From Eledone cirrhosa (Eukaryota), in the NCBI GenBank assembly GCA_964016885.1, contig OZ024741.1, positions 19,716,001-19,780,000 on the forward strand: 64,000 nt of DNA, written 5' to 3'. Positions within the stretch are counted from its first letter, which is position 1, and every line of letters begins with the position of its first letter. A program made the translations under genes and the position numbers. Below the pieces are notes generated by a model. It searched no databases. It had not been told where the DNA came from and worked only from the letters and a program-made list of their open reading frames with translations. This document shows, in pieces, positions 58,575-64,000 of this stretch.

Positions 58575-59870
58575 TTACTTGAAACGTAAGCAGGGAGGCA
58601 GAGGCCTAACATCAGTCCAGACAACATTTGAATGTCGCATCATATCTCTCCGACAACATCTACCAACCTCGAAGCGTAGGAGCCAGTTTCTCGAGCAAGT
58701 CTATCTGCATGAAACAGATAAGATCATGAGAGTTAGGAAGGAACTCCTTGAGAGATATTCCCTGTGTGATAATCAAAAACTCACACCCAGTGATGTCGCT
58801 CAGCAGTATCGCAGTAAATCCATGGATGAAAACCTGCATGCCTATCAGCAAAAGATCATGCATGGATATGTTGCCAGGAAGCTCCAGAGTGAGAGTAATA
58901 TAGATAAGGAAAGTAATCTATATTGGACCAACAACTGCTATATTGGCTCCCACTTTGCAATCCACTTTGCAGTCCAAGAACAGTAGATTAGCACGAAATA
59001 CATGATTCACAAAAGAGATAGGGATGCAGGCAAAACACCTAGATGTGATAACAAGTGCAGACTCTGCGGAACTAACATCGAGGATATCACCCTTGTCATC
59101 AGCAGCTGTCCAAAGATGTCATCACAGTACTATCTGCCTATGAGGCATGATGTAGTGGCCAAAACACTGTACAATGCAGTTAGTAAAAAGGATAGCCCCG
59201 ATAGTAAACACATTAAAAGCTACAATAATGTGGAAGACATCCATGTACATAATATGAAAGAGTACTGGTGGAATGTTCCAGTAAAAACCCCAATAAAATG
59301 CAGGCATAATAGACCAGGTATAATGATATGGGACAGGGAGAAGAAAACATGCACAGTAATGGAAATTAGCTAACCGGCAGATGCCAATATAATATCAAAG
59401 ATTAGTGAAAAGGAGAATATTTATGCAGAACTGATGAGAAATCTGCAGATACTCCACCCTGATTACACCTTCAGATTTATGCCTGTGATTATTGGGGCAC
59501 TGGGGGTATGTTAGTAACTGCCTCAATACAAATCTTGAGAAGCTAGGCTTCACAGGAACAGAAAGAACACGACTAGTTAGGAAATTACAAGTACAGTCCA
59601 TTAATGGAACAGTAAAAATATGTAAAAGATTCCCAAAAATTTGTATCTAATAACATGTACAGATACAAAGCATATACACATGTACAGATACAACTCTAAA
59701 CATACACATCCACACATACAATAAAATCCATATTTACACATGCATGCATACATACATATCTACCTAGTTGATGTTGTGTGAATTCCAATGAGAGAGTCTT
59801 GTGTCTATGTTAGAAACCGACTCTCTCTTTATTGGTAAAACTTTGTGAAATTATAAAACCAGAAGAACAT
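58575..59870 (+). pseudogene. R4/Dong-like 3' fragment
   Basis: RKQGGRGL, KCRLCG, YYLPMRHD, HNRPGIMIWDR..MEIS; in-frame stops. Confidence 0.85.
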
Positions 59871-59878
59871 ACATAATA

Positions 59879-60490
59879 GATGGTGGCTGCAAACTCGTTT
59901 TCGAGTTCGGCCACTACTTTATATCCATGTAGGAGAACCCCTACCGATGCGCTGAACGAGTGTGATTTTTAGTCCAGCCAGCGACTTGAAAACTCTGGTA
60001 CAAACACTACACTTGTGACAATTGTTGACACATTGTGCTGGGCCCAGGGTACCATGTGACGACAAGTGCAGAGAGATCTCCAGATATAAAACAATGCCTG
60101 TGCCGTGAAGCTTTTATAGTGAGCAAAGGCACTGCACAAAGCCAGTTCCACTCTCTTAACCAAGATGATATTTACCAAAAAGAAGAACAAGTCAACATCA
60201 TTGGATACCATCAGGGTTGCAGGTGCTATATCAGAGTTATCCTTCTCCTAGAATTCTGCCTTGACAAAGGCTAAGGGGTCATCTCTCCCGTTGATTTTGG
60301 ATGGCCATTGACTCTTAAGAGCTCCTTTACCCTTTGACAGGTTTTGTTATTCGTCCTGCAGGATGTCCAAAGTCACCTTCCTCACCAAGAAACCTTGGTA
60401 GGGTTGCCAGTTTAGTCGCCAACGACCCGACCATGGGACAGGTTGTACTGGGATACATGTTACCAGTAGCACCAACTGGTGACCTGACAT
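59879..60490 (-). mobile_element. Bipartite RTE-derived element, copy 4
   Basis: Highly similar to 1812-2420. Confidence 0.8.
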
Positions 60491-60540
60491 AATAGATACA
60501 TACATACATACATACATACATACATACATACATACATACA

Positions 60541-60572
<32 letters not shown>

Positions 60573-60754
60573 CCTAAAAAGTATTCGATTTTCTACAACC
60601 ATTAGTTTAAAATGTAGAAATGGCGACAACTGTTGAAGGATTGTCACCACCTGATGTACTGGGGAGTCTTCACATACAAAGCAACGTATATATACACAGA
60701 AACATACACATACATACATACATATATATATATATACACATACATACATATACG

Positions 60755-60800
<46 letters not shown>

Positions 60801-61160
60801 TTGTGTATGTGTGTGTGTGTGAATTTTATATATATATGTATATGTATATAATATATATATATATACGTGTGTGTATATATATATATGTATATGTATCTAA
60901 GTATGCATGTGTATATGAATGTGTGTGCATATGTGCTTTTGAGTCTGTATAGTGTATATATATTTATATTCATATATACATATATATACATATATATACA
61001 TATATATACTCAATACTTAGGGTAGTAGAGTGGGTAATAGGAACGAGTAGGACCCCGACGGCTGAGCTCAAGCCGTTTCGACGGCTAATTCTGGACTCAG
61101 AATTAGTCCAGAATTAGCCGTCGAAACGGCTTGAGCTCAGCGGGAGGGGTCCTACTCGTT

Positions 61161-61219
<59 letters not shown>

Positions 61220-61223
<4 letters not shown>

Positions 61224-61453
61224 CGTTTCTGAAGGAGAGGCACAAAAACAAAGAAAAGAATCCCCAGTCACTGAAGAGGTCACAGAATGCGTGACGAAAG
61301 AACTTTGACAATATATGAACAATCTTCTGGTTGTGGAACCAACCAACCGGAAATTTATAAATACTTAAATTTATAAATTTAATTTATAATAAATTGAAGT
61401 GAAAGCAACTGGTGCATGTGTTTCTTATTGGCAACATGACCCTCCCAAAGCAT

Positions 61454-61460
<7 letters not shown>
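61220..61460 (+). mobile_element. Solo terminal module of the 11730-14160 Penelope family with a hammerhead at 61267-61309
   Basis: Matches 13870-14100; GUCA-CUGAAGA-G-GUCAC/GUGAC-GAAA-G(AA)C-UU-UGAC. Confidence 0.8.
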
Positions 61461-61502
<42 letters not shown>

Positions 61503-63014
61503 TATATCATAAAACATGTCTATAGAATCACCAGATAAAATATATACCATTTCCTCTCCCAATTAGCATAATTAACCATATAAAAAATCGATTAGACCAA
61601 GCTATAAGAATAAAGGCTTCTATGAAGAAATCTCCGACAAATAACCGAAAGCAGCCCTTCGCGTCGGTTGCGACGGAGTATTTATCGAGTATTTCGACAG
61701 CGTGTTTAAATCGTCCAGATATACAGTCAACTAAACAGAATTTGGTGTAAAATAAACTAGGAGAAAAGTGAACATATTTAGTTACCTCTACCATGGTTTC
61801 GTCCGCATTTTAAGATATCCGATAATATCGGACATCTAGAGCACCGGACTCAAATTTAGACAATAAATTTTCCAAAGTGATCGCGCCAAGAATACATTCA
61901 GAAATGGCTAAGAATCGTGAAGTATATATGAATATATATTAAAAAAATGATATTTTCGCTCTACATGGCTGAATACAGTGAGCTGTACTGATGAAAGGTG
62001 ATACCCAGAAATATTAGTGTCTCCAGTTCTGTTCACATACCAACATAAGAGCAAGAATGAAGGGTTCATTCTACTGACATGGCTATAAAATTGAGGTTTG
62101 TTTGCATAATTACAAACGAATAGAATGTTATTATTAATGTTCGAAAAGGGCGATGGATTGGCAGTATCGGCAGAGAGTCAGACGCCATGCTTTGACGCAT
62201 AGAGTTACGGCCCTTGCCATTCTGAGTTCAAATCCCGCCGAGGTTAACTTTGCCTTTCATCCTTACGGGGTCGATAAAATAAAGTACCAGTAATGCACTG
62301 GGTAATTGTGCCAAAAGTAGAAACAATTATTAATGTTCGAAAAACTCAGATTACATTTATATATATACATATATGCATATATACATACATGTATATAAAG
62401 AGAGAAGGCGAGCGGGATGAATAGACAGATAGAGAGAGAGAGAGATTTGTGATGTTTGCCAAATGAGTAATTAAACGGAACATTTGCTAGAAATAAATTA
62501 TTGTGATGGGGTTGACAATTACCTCAAATCAATGAACAAGAAGAATACACGCGAGCCCAATTAATTTCTGTAGCTGGACCTACATATATATATATATGTG
62601 TCTGTGTGTGTAGTGTCTCTCTCTCTATATATATATATATGTGTGTGTGTATGTGTGTGTCTATATATATATTGTATATATATCTCTATATATATATATT
62701 TATATTAATACATTATATATACATATATGAATATATGTACATATATATGCATACACACACTCAGAGACGCCCCCCACCCGATATATATATATATTCAAAC
62801 ACAATTTATATGTATATATAGTATGTAATCAATATATCAAACAGTTATATATTATGTATCCATCTTATATTTTCCTAGTAAATCAAACAGAAGCAGTAAT
62901 ATCTTATATAAACAATATCGTTGTCAATAGAAAGTGAAAAGTGTTTGATAACAAAGATGGCAGACATGGCGTCAATTTCATGTTTAGAAATGTCACATAT
63001 ATATAAACCTTAAT

Positions 63015-63080
63015 TTGATTGGTTAATTGCTTGACTGGCCGTTTGTTTCTCATTGGTTGCCAAACAATATAAAAGCCTAT
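63015..63080 (+). promoter_or_regulatory. Possible Pol II core promoter
   Basis: ATTGG at 63018 and 63052 (34 bp apart), TATAAAAG at 63068, in sequence with no repeat copy in this window. Confidence 0.3.
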
Positions 63081-63834
63081 CCTTTGTGATGTCTAGAATT
63101 GAAGTTCTGTATGAATCATTTTCTTTTGGTCTACACTTTGATTGATATTTAGATGCAAGGATTGATTTCCTGAGGGAACAGGAATTGCAGACATGCTTGA
63201 AATACCAGCCCTGTCTGTGGAGGAGACGGATGTTTCGGTTCGTATCTTGACACCGGCATGTTTTTCCTGATAATAATTGTTTCTACTTTTGGCACAAAGC
63301 CAGCAATTACCCAGGACATTACTGGTACTTTATTTTATCGACCCCGTAAGGATGAAAGGCATAGTTAACCTCGACGGGATTTGAACTCAGACCGTAAATG
63401 GACATAACTATGCTAGAAAGCATGGTGCCCAACCCTCTACCGATACTGCCAATTCACCGCCCTTTTCCTGATAATAATTGTTGGTGGTAAGATACTTAAG
63501 TGTCAACACAGTTCACTTAACTATGAGGAGGGACGTAGACACAACAATTATTAAGTTCAGGGTGTGATCCTTCTGAGTGATATATTGGGGCAAGAGCCCT
63601 TTATGCTAGCCAGCAATCGGTGCGGCGTTGCAAGTGAAATTTGGTGTACGGTAACTGTTTGGAAGCACGTCGGATAACTTGCACGTGACTAGAATTGTTT
63701 CATTGGAAAGAAATCAAGATTTCCTTTGAATGAAATAGTTCTAGTCCTGTAGAAGCCATTTCTATATTAAACATGATGTTTACTAATATATTGAGCACCT
63801 TACTTACTCTGGCTACCCCTGATTGAACCCGGGA

Positions 63835-63897
<63 letters not shown>

Positions 63898-64000
63898 TTC
63901 TGATACTGATACAATAAAATATAATTACATACATCTCTCTCTCTATATATATAGAGAGAGATGTATGTAATTATATTTTATTGTATCAATATCTGAAGGA

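Overview
Repeat-dominated eukaryotic DNA, probably an octopod cephalopod (inferred from the tRNA-derived SINEs, RTE tails and extreme microsatellite load). I found no intact host gene, and most listed ORFs are microsatellite artefacts. The window holds decayed retroelements (RTE, R4/Dong-like, CRE-like, Penelope-like with C-terminal GIY-YIG), a near full-length broken Helitron (23621-29755), two satellites abutting Helitrons, and many SINEs. The most striking signal is about 24 type I hammerhead-ribozyme motifs in about 11 sequence families, folded by eye. Nearly all lie in short fold-back or direct-repeat Penelope-type terminal modules inserted into (TA)n. Several have non-canonical but covarying cores: U3-A8, an extra nucleotide after A9, a CNGUUGA core, or a 2x2 loop at the base of stem II. 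All structure calls are manual and untested.
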